DNA from: a virus
Lineage: Duplodnaviria > Caudoviricetes
IMG/VR virus record: IMGVR_UViG_3300035208_005974
Coordinates: 1 to 64,000 of that record
Reading direction: 5' to 3' (one strand)
Length of the DNA: 64,000 nucleotides
Shown here: positions 47,695 to 56,596 of the stretch, piece by piece
How the letters are laid out: the number at the start of each line of letters is the position of its first letter
Numbering within the stretch: the first letter of the stretch is position 1
Program-made: the position numbers and the translations under genes
The notes under the pieces: model-generated
Seen by the model: the letters and a program-made list of their open reading frames with translations, nothing else
What the model was told of the DNA's origin: nothing
The model's database searches: none

Positions 47695-48153
47695 ATGCTT
47701 AACTCCATGAAAGCACTAAAGTCTAATCACCCAGAAAATGTAGATCCAAAACTCATTTATCCATTGGTTCGATGGTGTTCGGGCTCTTTAAAAGACTTAC
47801 TTTGGTGCAACACGGTTAACCAATACCTATTTACTTGTGACCAAAAAATACTAACTGACTTGCTTTATCTTGGTATAAATGACAAGAATGCTTTCATTAA
47901 ATACCCTAAAGCCACAAAAGAAAAAGAATCCAAGGTTTTTGAACTCCAAAAAGACCTAGCAAAACGTTTTTATTTCTGGTCTGAACAAGAATGCCAACGT
48001 AACCTATGCAACTTTGCTTACATAGATTGGAATGAAGTTGCAATTGCTTTAGGTTGTGATACAAAGGAACGAAAGTTACTAGGCTTAACCGAAATTAAGA
48101 TTAAAAAAGAAGTCAAACAACCCAAAAAAGCAAAGACCTTGTTTGAATTTTGA
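47695..48153 (+). CDS. Putative second clamp-loader subunit (T4 gp62-like) with PIP-like tail
   Basis: Position after RFC; FIKYPK motif; C-terminal KTLFEF. Confidence 0.6.
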   Translation: MLNSMKALKSNHPENVDPKLIYPLVRWCSGSLKDLLWCNTVNQYLFTCDQKILTDLLYLGINDKNAFIKYPKATKEKESKVFELQKDLAKRFYFWSEQECQRNLCNFAYIDWNEVAIALGCDTKERKLLGLTEIKIKKEVKQPKKAKTLFEF

Positions 48154-48159
48154 GGTAAA

Positions 48160-49362
48160 ATGAGTTTTTTACATACAATAATAAATGGTGATGCTTTGCT
48201 CGAGCTGCAAAAGCTGCCTTCGGAGTCGGTCGATTGCTGCATCACCAGCCCGCCATACTACGGCCTCCGGGATTACGGTGTAGCCGGTCAGATCGGACTG
48301 GAGGAAAGCCCGGAAGCCTATGTAAGCAAGCTTGTAGAGGTTTTCAGAGAAGTACGAAGAGTACTGAAGAAAGATGGCACGCTTTGGCTTAACCTGGGAG
48401 ATTCGTATTGTGGCGGAAAAGGCCAAAGCAATTATGCCTATCAGGAAAGGCGCACAAGTCCTTCATTCGAAGGTGATCAGCATAATATAACTGGAATGGG
48501 TCAGACCCGGCCAACGGATGGCAAGCATTCCGAAATCAAGCCTAAAGACCTGATTGGCATTCCTTGGATGGTTGCCTTTGCGCTCCGGGCCGATGGGTGG
48601 TATCTCAGGTCAGATATCATCTGGCACAAGCCCAACTGTATGCCAGAATCTGTGACTGATCGTCCAACAAAGGCGCATGAATACATCTTTTTGCTATCGA
48701 AATCTAAAGGATATTATTATGATATGGAGGCGATTAAGGAACCATTGCAAACCAACGCACCGAGGACCACAAAAAACGGTGAAGGAAATGGCGAACTTGC
48801 ACATGGCCATTTCGGGCAATCTAAAAATGGTCGCAATAAGCGCACCATTTGGACCGTCAACACATCACCATACCGCGAGGCACACTTTGCCACATTTCCA
48901 GAAGCATTAATCGAGCCATGCATCCTAGCAGGCACAAGCGAGAAAGGCTATTGCTCGGCCTGTGGTGCGCCTTGGACCAGGCATATTGAGAAATGTGCGA
49001 GTGTGAAGAAGATCAGAAATGAACCTTATGCGATTGCAAGTGGTAAAGGAAAACATGCTCAACTATTCACTAGGAGGTCATCATGTGCACAAACAATCGG
49101 TTGGCGTCCTTCATGTTCCTGCATCCTCGATTGTGCGTGGCCTGGCCCGCTTCCAGGGGTGGTCCTAGATCCATTCTTCGGAGCTGGTACAACAGGAGTT
49201 GTAGCAAAGAAATTAAATCGAAATTTTATTGGAATCGAACTTAACCTCGAATATTTTGCAATGTCCAAAAAACGCATCGCTATGATTTCGAAAAAATTAG
49301 ATAAATACCAAGAAAATAAAGTCAAACAAACCAAAAAATCAAAGACTTTATTTGACTTCTAA
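48160..49362 (+). CDS. Amino-DNA methyltransferase (beta class) with Cys insert and PIP-like tail
   Basis: ITSPPY, IIWHKPN, HFATFPE, CSAC..CSC and VLDPFFGAGTT; ends KTLFDF. Confidence 0.93.
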   Translation: MSFLHTIINGDALLELQKLPSESVDCCITSPPYYGLRDYGVAGQIGLEESPEAYVSKLVEVFREVRRVLKKDGTLWLNLGDSYCGGKGQSNYAYQERRTSPSFEGDQHNITGMGQTRPTDGKHSEIKPKDLIGIPWMVAFALRADGWYLRSDIIWHKPNCMPESVTDRPTKAHEYIFLLSKSKGYYYDMEAIKEPLQTNAPRTTKNGEGNGELAHGHFGQSKNGRNKRTIWTVNTSPYREAHFATFPEALIEPCILAGTSEKGYCSACGAPWTRHIEKCASVKKIRNEPYAIASGKGKHAQLFTRRSSCAQTIGWRPSCSCILDCAWPGPLPGVVLDPFFGAGTTGVVAKKLNRNFIGIELNLEYFAMSKKRIAMISKKLDKYQENKVKQTKKSKTLFDF

Positions 49363-49400
49363 TACATAACTATTTATACCATAACGTTATTTATGCATAT

Positions 49401-49517
49401 ATGCGTATGTGGATGGTAGACCCGAGATTCATGTGCAGAGCCCATATTCTGGGAGAACATCGCGAATGTCACGCCCTAATTGGTACTATATTACAATCAA
49501 TCAATAAAAAATTATAG
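49401..49517 (+). pseudogene. Truncated pyrimidine-dimer DNA glycosylase (DenV / endonuclease V family)
   Basis: MRMWMVDPRFMCRAHILGEHRECHAL matches the family N-terminus; stops after 38 aa. Confidence 0.7.
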
Positions 49518-49554
49518 TGTATTTATTATTTTTAAAAACAATGTTGGTGATACT

Positions 49555-49761
49555 ATGTCGCAAGGTGTAAAAGAACTAGAGCAATATCGTAAGGATTTTC
49601 AACCATTATCACGAAAAGCCGCGATGTTAGCTTTTTGTGCTGACTGTATGAATTTATTCCAAGATGGTAACATTGATTGCGAAAACAAAAGATGCCCACT
49701 GTTTCCATTTAGGCCATATAAAAAGAATAAGTCCAAAAAAGAAATCCATTTGATGGAATAA
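49555..49761 (+). CDS. Small Cys-rich protein (CxxC...CxxxxCPLxPxR)
   Basis: RBS GGTGA; FCADC..DCENKRCPLFPFRP. Confidence 0.6.
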   Translation: MSQGVKELEQYRKDFQPLSRKAAMLAFCADCMNLFQDGNIDCENKRCPLFPFRPYKKNKSKKEIHLME

Positions 49762-49762
49762 C

Positions 49763-50305
49763 ATGAAATACATTAAAATATCAAACAAAAATATGAAACT
49801 TAGATTTCATGGTTGTGATCCAGACTATATTCAAAGCGTATGTCATTCTTCATGTTGCAATAGTTCTAAGTATGGAACTATGATTACGATACATCCATCT
49901 GAAGAATGCAAAATTCGCGAACTTGGTTACGAGGTATCGAATGGATTGCTGGTATGCAAAGATTGTTGTGTATTCAAAAAAGAATTCTTGTGTTCATTGC
50001 ATAATACCGAATATAAGCCGTTTGGATGCATCGTATCACCATTTACTTTGAATAGCAACGATACATTAATTGTTCGAAATAGATACAAATTACTTAAATG
50101 TTATGAAAAATCATCAGGGATACCTGCATATATCGCATTCAAGGCATCGCTAGAATTATTATTTGAACAAGAATATTATAAAACATTATGTGATCATTTA
50201 GATATACGTAATAGTGATATAGTTTTACCAATAAAAAACAAAATTTATCAGATGCTTCACGACAATGATACAATCAAAAAGTTGAGGATACATGGGAAAA
50301 CTTAG
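49763..50305 (+). CDS. Cys-cluster (YkgJ-like) metal-binding protein
   Basis: C..CHSSCC ... CVF..CSLH..KPFGC..SPF. Confidence 0.6.
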   Translation: MKYIKISNKNMKLRFHGCDPDYIQSVCHSSCCNSSKYGTMITIHPSEECKIRELGYEVSNGLLVCKDCCVFKKEFLCSLHNTEYKPFGCIVSPFTLNSNDTLIVRNRYKLLKCYEKSSGIPAYIAFKASLELLFEQEYYKTLCDHLDIRNSDIVLPIKNKIYQMLHDNDTIKKLRIHGKT

Positions 50306-51509
50306 TGAAAAATTTGGATTACCTCCATTTTCTGTTTTTGATGCTAGACAAGGCGTATGGCAAGATAGGAAAAGGTGGTGGATAAGTCTTGGCATACAAA
50401 GTGAACTAGGTAGGGGTGAAAACTGCATGGACATGTCGATCCATGTAGCAGAAGATGGATTAAATTATTATAGAAAACGTCCGGAACTTAAAAATGGATT
50501 GCTCGGGATCTCAGAGCAAGCAAGAAGTCACTATAAAGGTGGCAATCCTCAAAAAAACTGTGCACCAGGTGGTTCATTACGTCCAGCCGCCAACTATAGC
50601 AATCGAGAACGCGGTGATGGAACAGGTAAACCAATCAAACATTACGCTAGGTGCTTTGGTCAAGACCTAATGAAAGGCGAAAACGACAAATTTGGAAATA
50701 GGCTTACATGGGTTGCTGGAAGTAGACCGCTTGATGCGCTGGACGATGTGAGCAGCAAGATTCTTGATGTTCAACCACAATCTGGCACTAGCATATTTGA
50801 TCCCGTTCTATGTGAATTACTATATAAATGGTTTACACCCATCAACGGTACAATTCTTGATCCATTTGCTGGTGGAAGTGTTCGCGGCATTGTAGCAAAC
50901 TATCTAGGATATCATTATACCGGTATTGATTTACGACCGGAACAAATTGCTGCCAATAATATCCAAGCAGATAATATCCTAAAAGACCAAGAAAAACCCA
51001 CTTGGATTATTGGAGATAGTAAAAATATAGACAATCTTATTCCTGAAACAACATTTGAAGGATTTCTGACATGCCCACCTTATTTTAATTTAGAATTATA
51101 TAGTGACGACGAAAACGACATCAGTAATTGTGACACATATGATTCATTTATCGATAACTATAATGAAATAATACAAAAATCAGTTGCAAAACTAAACAAT
51201 AATAGATTTGCTTGCATCGTAGTTGGTGACATTCGCGACAAGGCTGGATTCTACCATGGATTTGTTTGTGATACCATTGATGCTTTTGAAAATGCAGGCA
51301 TGAAACTATACAATGATGCTATACTAGTAACGGCAGTTGGATCGCTTCCGATTCGAGTTGGTCGCCAGTTTGGTTCATATAGGAAGCTTGGGAAAACACA
51401 TCAGAATGTATTAATTTTCTTCAAGGGTAATCCAAAACAAATACCAATTGATTTTGCAATGCCAGAATCTGTAACAAACGAAGAACAAGATTTGTTTTCG
51501 TTCACATGA
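50292..51509 (+). CDS. Amino-DNA methyltransferase (SAM motif before catalytic motif) with PIP-like tail
   Basis: PPFSVFDAR, SIFDPVLCE, LDPFAGGSVRG, TCPPY and KTHQNVLIF; ends EQDLFSFT. Confidence 0.88.
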   Translation: MGKLSEKFGLPPFSVFDARQGVWQDRKRWWISLGIQSELGRGENCMDMSIHVAEDGLNYYRKRPELKNGLLGISEQARSHYKGGNPQKNCAPGGSLRPAANYSNRERGDGTGKPIKHYARCFGQDLMKGENDKFGNRLTWVAGSRPLDALDDVSSKILDVQPQSGTSIFDPVLCELLYKWFTPINGTILDPFAGGSVRGIVANYLGYHYTGIDLRPEQIAANNIQADNILKDQEKPTWIIGDSKNIDNLIPETTFEGFLTCPPYFNLELYSDDENDISNCDTYDSFIDNYNEIIQKSVAKLNNNRFACIVVGDIRDKAGFYHGFVCDTIDAFENAGMKLYNDAILVTAVGSLPIRVGRQFGSYRKLGKTHQNVLIFFKGNPKQIPIDFAMPESVTNEEQDLFSFT

Positions 51510-52078
51510 GCAAGGATCGGGTCATTAATATGCGCGAAAATTACGATGTACAACGAAATTGGAGCAACCAATTTAATGCTGCAATAAAAGCGGTATTAAA
51601 ATCGTGCGTACCTTATTTGACTACAGTAAACACGTCATCTTTCGAGGATGATACCAAAAATTCCTTTGATTTTTATTTTGATACTGGTGGCGGAATTGCT
51701 GGACGAGTCAGACAAACCAAATACCTATCAAGATACGAAGATCTAACAATTCGTTCGTATGTGCCATATAACGGACGAAATACCGAATATCACAAAATCT
51801 TCGAACAAGGAAAATGTCGATACTACTTTTATGGATGGGGAGAAAATGGAATTCTATCGAAGTGGTATTTATTAGATTTGAACATTATACGAAAATATGA
51901 ATTATTCAAAAATATAAAAGACATTAAAAACTATGATGGAACGTATTTTCGTAGTGTGTCATTTGATGATTTGTTTATGTACAACGCTGTAATAGCATCA
52001 TCACATCAATTGCCATATCACAAAAGCATGGTAGATACACTTGACAATATTTATTTTTTGAATATTAAAAATGCATAA
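51506..52078 (+). CDS. Putative PD-(D/E)xK-like nuclease
   Basis: EDD...D, RVR, LTIR, TEYHKI and YYFYGW; coupled to the MTase. Confidence 0.45.
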   Translation: MSKDRVINMRENYDVQRNWSNQFNAAIKAVLKSCVPYLTTVNTSSFEDDTKNSFDFYFDTGGGIAGRVRQTKYLSRYEDLTIRSYVPYNGRNTEYHKIFEQGKCRYYFYGWGENGILSKWYLLDLNIIRKYELFKNIKDIKNYDGTYFRSVSFDDLFMYNAVIASSHQLPYHKSMVDTLDNIYFLNIKNA

Positions 52079-52098
52079 AATACCATGATTGTTTGCGT

Positions 52099-52213
52099 CG
52101 CGCAAGGAATATCCGCACCCTCGGACTGAGGGGAAGAGCCTATCGAGAGATTGGATTAACCGACTCGATGAAGTAGGAAGCCCTGCCCCTTTAGGGGCAA
52201 GGGAGGAAGTCAC
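52099..52213 (+). mobile_element. Orphan IS605 right end: tnpB C-terminal remnant plus omega-RNA scaffold
   Basis: Encodes RARNIRTLGLRGRAYREIGLTDSMK*, then GAAG-ccctgcccc-ttta-ggggcaaggg and GTCAC; no tnpB body or left end. Confidence 0.8.
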
Positions 52214-52309
52214 ATAAAAATAACTTGCCAAGAAAACCCCACTATCGTATGCTCCAACCAAAAAACATATATACCAGCAAGTACATGTTATATATTGGAG
52301 ATGACACAT

Positions 52310-52915
52310 ATGATAGTACTGACAAGAAACAATGAAAGCCGAAACTGGATAGCAACAAGTGAAAATCACGGCCACACAACCAAGGGTTCTACACCAGAAT
52401 CCGCCGTTCGAAGAATGCATATCGCTGATCCAACCACCAGCGATCACGAAATCAGATTTGTAATGAATGAAACAGCACGTACTCACATCAAAAGAAACTA
52501 TGATGTATGTGCGATCTGCCAGAAGCCGTTAACCTGGGTCAGAGCACGCGATGGAAACAGAGTTTTGATCCAAGCAATACATGAAGGCGATCCAATTCCC
52601 GATGATGCAGTATTTGGGACCTTCATTGCTAACAGTACCAAGAAGAGAGTACTCGGCAAGACGCCATGCACAACACCAACTACAACAACACCTCCAGTAA
52701 TTGACGTTATACCTACGTTGCCGATGGTTGACATAACTTGCCTTAAAAGAAATAGATTTGTGATCGTTGGCAAGATCATCGAAAAGATGGTAGAAAATGG
52801 TGCAACAAAAGAACAAACAGATGCGGCCAGAACCGACATGCTAACTGGTGGAATGAATTTCGAGCATTTCGTGAATGTAGCATCCAAGTATGCTGCACTT
52901 CATGACATGCATTAA
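52310..52915 (+). CDS. Hypothetical protein
   Basis: Promoter at 52256; CAIC motif; Thr/Pro linker. Confidence 0.6.
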   Translation: MIVLTRNNESRNWIATSENHGHTTKGSTPESAVRRMHIADPTTSDHEIRFVMNETARTHIKRNYDVCAICQKPLTWVRARDGNRVLIQAIHEGDPIPDDAVFGTFIANSTKKRVLGKTPCTTPTTTTPPVIDVIPTLPMVDITCLKRNRFVIVGKIIEKMVENGATKEQTDAARTDMLTGGMNFEHFVNVASKYAALHDMH

Positions 52916-52934
52916 ACTTTTTTGAGGTATTAAT

Positions 52935-53120
52935 ATGTATATAATGACATTAGATTCTATATCAGAGAAATATGATGACTTGGATCAAGCCATGCATGAT
53001 TGTTTTAACATATTTCCAAACGCTAGTTTTTCAGAATGGCAGGAAACTGCGACAGAAACATGGATGGATATTATAAATAATGGCACTGTCGTTGGCAAGA
53101 TTTTTGAGGTACCCACATGA
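52935..53120 (+). CDS. Hypothetical protein
   Basis: RBS GAGGT. Confidence 0.5.
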   Translation: MYIMTLDSISEKYDDLDQAMHDCFNIFPNASFSEWQETATETWMDIINNGTVVGKIFEVPT

Positions 53121-53635
53121 TTTCTGTTAAATTTCCAACCATCGATGTAATGCTCGCCAATATGGACAAGGCACGATCACGCAAAATAGACAAAATCAAT
53201 CATCGTCATGAATCCAGAACGAAACGTTTTGATGTTGCTACGCGAACAATCGACTTCCAGAATGCAATCAATAAACTAAACCAAAAATACAACAAAGAAT
53301 TTTATATGGAACACACGGGTTTGTCATTTGTCATTCAGGGCCATCGCGAATATGGACACATGTCACGTCGAAATGGTATCCTTGGTCAAGATATTGATCT
53401 TACCCTCGGTCTGCATGAAATGGAAAAAGCGGGTATTCAAAATACTATCAAAATGGTCGTAGATAACAACAACAACTATATGATGGCATCATTGAGTAAA
53501 TTGCGTACCAACAATGAATTCAGAGATCGTATGTTAAAGGATAGATTTAATATGATGCATGACAACACAATACCATATTATTCTTGGACACTGGAAGAAT
53601 TGCGAGCAATTGATGCAATAATGTACTTTGGTTAA
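53117..53635 (+). CDS. Hypothetical protein
   Basis: RBS GAGGT; coupled to the upstream ORF. Confidence 0.55.
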   Translation: MISVKFPTIDVMLANMDKARSRKIDKINHRHESRTKRFDVATRTIDFQNAINKLNQKYNKEFYMEHTGLSFVIQGHREYGHMSRRNGILGQDIDLTLGLHEMEKAGIQNTIKMVVDNNNNYMMASLSKLRTNNEFRDRMLKDRFNMMHDNTIPYYSWTLEELRAIDAIMYFG

Positions 53636-53667
53636 TATAAATTTTATCATTGTTTTTGGTTATTATT

Positions 53668-54252
53668 ATGACTACTTTTAAGGAATTTAGTAATAGTTCA
53701 GAAGCATGGAATTATGCAATAAATCACATAAAACGTGCCGGAAATAATATAATCACCGAAGACCACAATATGACTCGCGAGGTTCAAAACCTTGTTGTAG
53801 AAATTAAAAATCCACTAGAAGGTTTTCCAATCAAAAATTCCGGTTGGAGTATAAGTGCCCTCAATACATATGCCGAACAATTATTGGATTTTTCCTATGA
53901 TTGTAAGGGCTTTGACTATACCTACAACGAACGCATGTCTCGTCAAATATACTACATCACAAAAATCCTGAAAAAACATCCGACCACCCGTCGAGCAACA
54001 GCCTACCTATGGCTACCAGAAAAGGACCTAGAAACCAATATGCACCACCCATGCCAGATTGTCGCAGACTACAAACTACGATTAGGTAAACTATATGTCA
54101 CCCATTTTTTCAGAAGTCACGACATATTACAAGCCTGGCCCACAAACGTATATGGTCTAGCTAAACTCCAGGAAAAAATAGCAAATGATCTTAATGTTTT
54201 GCCTGGTAGTTTAACGACGTTTTCTGCTAGTGCCCACATTTACATTGACTAA
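53668..54252 (+). CDS. thyA: Thymidylate synthase, archaeal ThyA-like
   Basis: FDYTYNER, PTTRRA, catalytic HPC, FRSHDI, WPTN and SAHIY. Confidence 0.88.
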   Translation: MTTFKEFSNSSEAWNYAINHIKRAGNNIITEDHNMTREVQNLVVEIKNPLEGFPIKNSGWSISALNTYAEQLLDFSYDCKGFDYTYNERMSRQIYYITKILKKHPTTRRATAYLWLPEKDLETNMHHPCQIVADYKLRLGKLYVTHFFRSHDILQAWPTNVYGLAKLQEKIANDLNVLPGSLTTFSASAHIYID

Positions 54253-54289
54253 CCAAAACTATAAATACAAAAACACCTAACTACATAGT

Positions 54290-54682
54290 ATGGATATTCA
54301 AATACTTGGACCTGATTCCAGAGGTATGTGTTACTTCTATGTACCAGAATTACCGGATGTTTTGGTAATTGCAAATGATTGCACAAAAAGGGCACTAAAT
54401 GAAAAAGATGAACATTATCATGTAATTTTGTATTGTATTAGGCACAATGAAAATTACCGTGTGCCAAAATACTTCCGAACAACAGAAATTAGATTTCTAA
54501 ATGGAGACATACCTCCGAACTGGGGATGGGTAGGCAGAGGAAATTACCGTGAAGACCTTCGCATTATGCAACCACGCGGTTACAACTGCTGGTACAAAAA
54601 TGGACCATTATCTGACATCCCTAAAAACCTATCCATATTAATGGAAATATACGAAAAGAACACAACGTCTAATAGCAAATGA
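54290..54682 (+). CDS. Hypothetical protein
   Basis: Leaderless ATG below the promoter at 54251. Confidence 0.55.
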   Translation: MDIQILGPDSRGMCYFYVPELPDVLVIANDCTKRALNEKDEHYHVILYCIRHNENYRVPKYFRTTEIRFLNGDIPPNWGWVGRGNYREDLRIMQPRGYNCWYKNGPLSDIPKNLSILMEIYEKNTTSNSK

Positions 54683-55008
54683 AATACAATAAGACGGATA
54701 TTCCAATGATAAACTTCGATAACTGGCCAATCATTTACCAAGTAAACTACCCTAAATTTCTAGCCACCTATATAATGCCACCAATAGCCATCTACATGAA
54801 GTACATTAAAACAATCCGTCGTTATGGCAAAGTCCATATGAACATAATAGATTTTGACACAAACCAAATTTCCGAGTACTTCGATTTTATAAAAACACCA
54901 AATAACATAAAGGTAGTAACTAGTAATAATATCGTTCTAGAATTCCCCAATATTTATGTGGCCTGGGACTTCTATCAAAACCTTCTAGAAACCCAACTTC
55001 AACAATAG
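54679..55008 (+). CDS. Hypothetical protein
   Basis: Coupled ORF. Confidence 0.5.
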   Translation: MKYNKTDIPMINFDNWPIIYQVNYPKFLATYIMPPIAIYMKYIKTIRRYGKVHMNIIDFDTNQISEYFDFIKTPNNIKVVTSNNIVLEFPNIYVAWDFYQNLLETQLQQ

Positions 55009-55089
55009 TTTCAATAGTTTTCAACCAAAAGCTTTATATACTAGAAAAGTATTAAATATATTTTAATAATATTGTTTTGGTGACTCTTT

Positions 55090-55677
55090 TTGAAATCCGA
55101 TCGTAATCATTGTTATATATGTGGTATAGAATTATCTGAGGATAATGCATATGGCCGTAAGGATACAGCGAACAAGTTACACTCCTTATGCAAGTATCAC
55201 TATATAGAGCAACAGAAAATACGCAACCGCCAATGCGTAAAACCCAAAAAACCCATCTTTTTAGTGATAAGTATTTGCGGCAAAAAAACCAAAATATTTT
55301 TTAAAACAAAAGAAGACAAAGAAACATACCTTCGCGAACGGAAAACCATACAAAAGTTCGGAATTCATCCGATAACAACAAGTTCTTGCGTGGGATGTAC
55401 AGAAGATTTCGGAACCGGAGTAGACCTATGTTGCGATGAATGTAGTAGTTTGCTCCGGTACAATGTTCGCGGCGAATTACAATGCGAAAATTGTGACCTT
55501 GTTTCCACCGAAATTTTATTACCCGAAATAACCGATCGCGAATTCTATTACGACAAAAAAATGCTATACGACAAAAGAACCGTTTCACAACAAGACTGGT
55601 TCTGGCTAGACCAAATATCCGGATCATCATTTGACGTATTTTATCAGAAAGCATATTCAAAAAAACTAAAACAATAA
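55090..55677 (+). CDS. Zinc-finger protein containing a TFB/TFIIB-type zinc ribbon
   Basis: CDECSSLLRYNVRGELQCENCDLV; N-terminal CYIC..CKYH; promoter at 55023, RBS GGTGA. Confidence 0.55.
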   Translation: MKSDRNHCYICGIELSEDNAYGRKDTANKLHSLCKYHYIEQQKIRNRQCVKPKKPIFLVISICGKKTKIFFKTKEDKETYLRERKTIQKFGIHPITTSSCVGCTEDFGTGVDLCCDECSSLLRYNVRGELQCENCDLVSTEILLPEITDREFYYDKKMLYDKRTVSQQDWFWLDQISGSSFDVFYQKAYSKKLKQ

Positions 55678-55698
55678 AATAGTTTCGAGGACAAGAAA

Positions 55699-56205
55699 AT
55701 GACTGAAGTTACACAAGAAGATTTGGAAACCCTGAAATCCGAACTAAATGAAATAATTGAAACTCGTCTTGATTCCTTCATCGATGAATTTGTAGCTACC
55801 TGGAACGAACTAGAAAATAAAGAAAGCGAAGGCGAAAATTGTTGTTCCTGTGAAAGCGAAAATGCCGATACCGAAAATCCTGCTAGATATTTAATTTTTG
55901 CAGGCGGTAACAAGTTTTTCGCAACCGACATAAAACCTAATGCTATGGTCGGTATTGATTTTTATCTCCACGAAGTTGACCCCACTACCGGAAAAGAATA
56001 TAATTCCCAGGGAACCATTACAAACGCAGACGTCGTTGTACTAGACCTGCAACCCGAAATGGACCTAGAAACGTTTTCATCGATCAAACGCAATACCCTA
56101 GATTACGTTATTAAGCAAGCTCAGGAAGCACAGGCGAAAGAAAAAGCCATGAAAGCAGAGAATTCTAAAATACATCCTGACGTTAGTCATATCTCGTATG
56201 GCTAA
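55699..56205 (+). CDS. Hypothetical acidic protein
   Basis: RBS GAGG; 168 aa. Confidence 0.6.
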   Translation: MTEVTQEDLETLKSELNEIIETRLDSFIDEFVATWNELENKESEGENCCSCESENADTENPARYLIFAGGNKFFATDIKPNAMVGIDFYLHEVDPTTGKEYNSQGTITNADVVVLDLQPEMDLETFSSIKRNTLDYVIKQAQEAQAKEKAMKAENSKIHPDVSHISYG

Positions 56206-56230
56206 TCAATCCCATTGGTGATATTATTAA

Positions 56231-56596
56231 ATGACTAATAATTTTTTTAGTCGATCCCAGTTAGACAGATATGCCTTGGACGACGATACACGATTTTGGG
56301 TAGAACTATATGAAACAATAGAACTTAATCCAATTAGAGAATTCAAAAACGTAATAATCGAAATCCCATATGAAAACAAAGTTTCACTAGACCTTGATAC
56401 CCGAATAAGCGCAATCATTGAATTACTGGGTTCGAAAAAGTCCAACATCTTTTATGTAATGGGAATGGCAGCAAAACTCCGAGATAAATGTATTAAGGAA
56501 AACCGACATGACTTAATAGAAACGTTAGACAACGAAATTATACGAAGGCGAAAAGAATATGAGAATTGTCACCCTGGAACTTTATTTGTGTGGTGA
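56231..56596 (+). CDS. Hypothetical protein
   Basis: RBS GGTGA. Confidence 0.55.
   Translation: MTNNFFSRSQLDRYALDDDTRFWVELYETIELNPIREFKNVIIEIPYENKVSLDLDTRISAIIELLGSKKSNIFYVMGMAAKLRDKCIKENRHDLIETLDNEIIRRRKEYENCHPGTLFVW

Noticed and set aside
49515-49535. UAG (pyrrolysine) readthrough to rescue the truncated glycosylase
   Set aside because: A TAA follows within six codons, and no systematic in-frame TAG pattern was seen in conserved genes.
52001-52486. 161-aa minus-strand ORF
   Set aside because: Runs antisense across a gene, a promoter and the IS right-end remnant.
54995-55025. Repeated caatagttt / gtttcaat resembling a CRISPR repeat end
   Set aside because: Only a short tandem duplication with no spacers. 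No CRISPR array was seen anywhere in the window.
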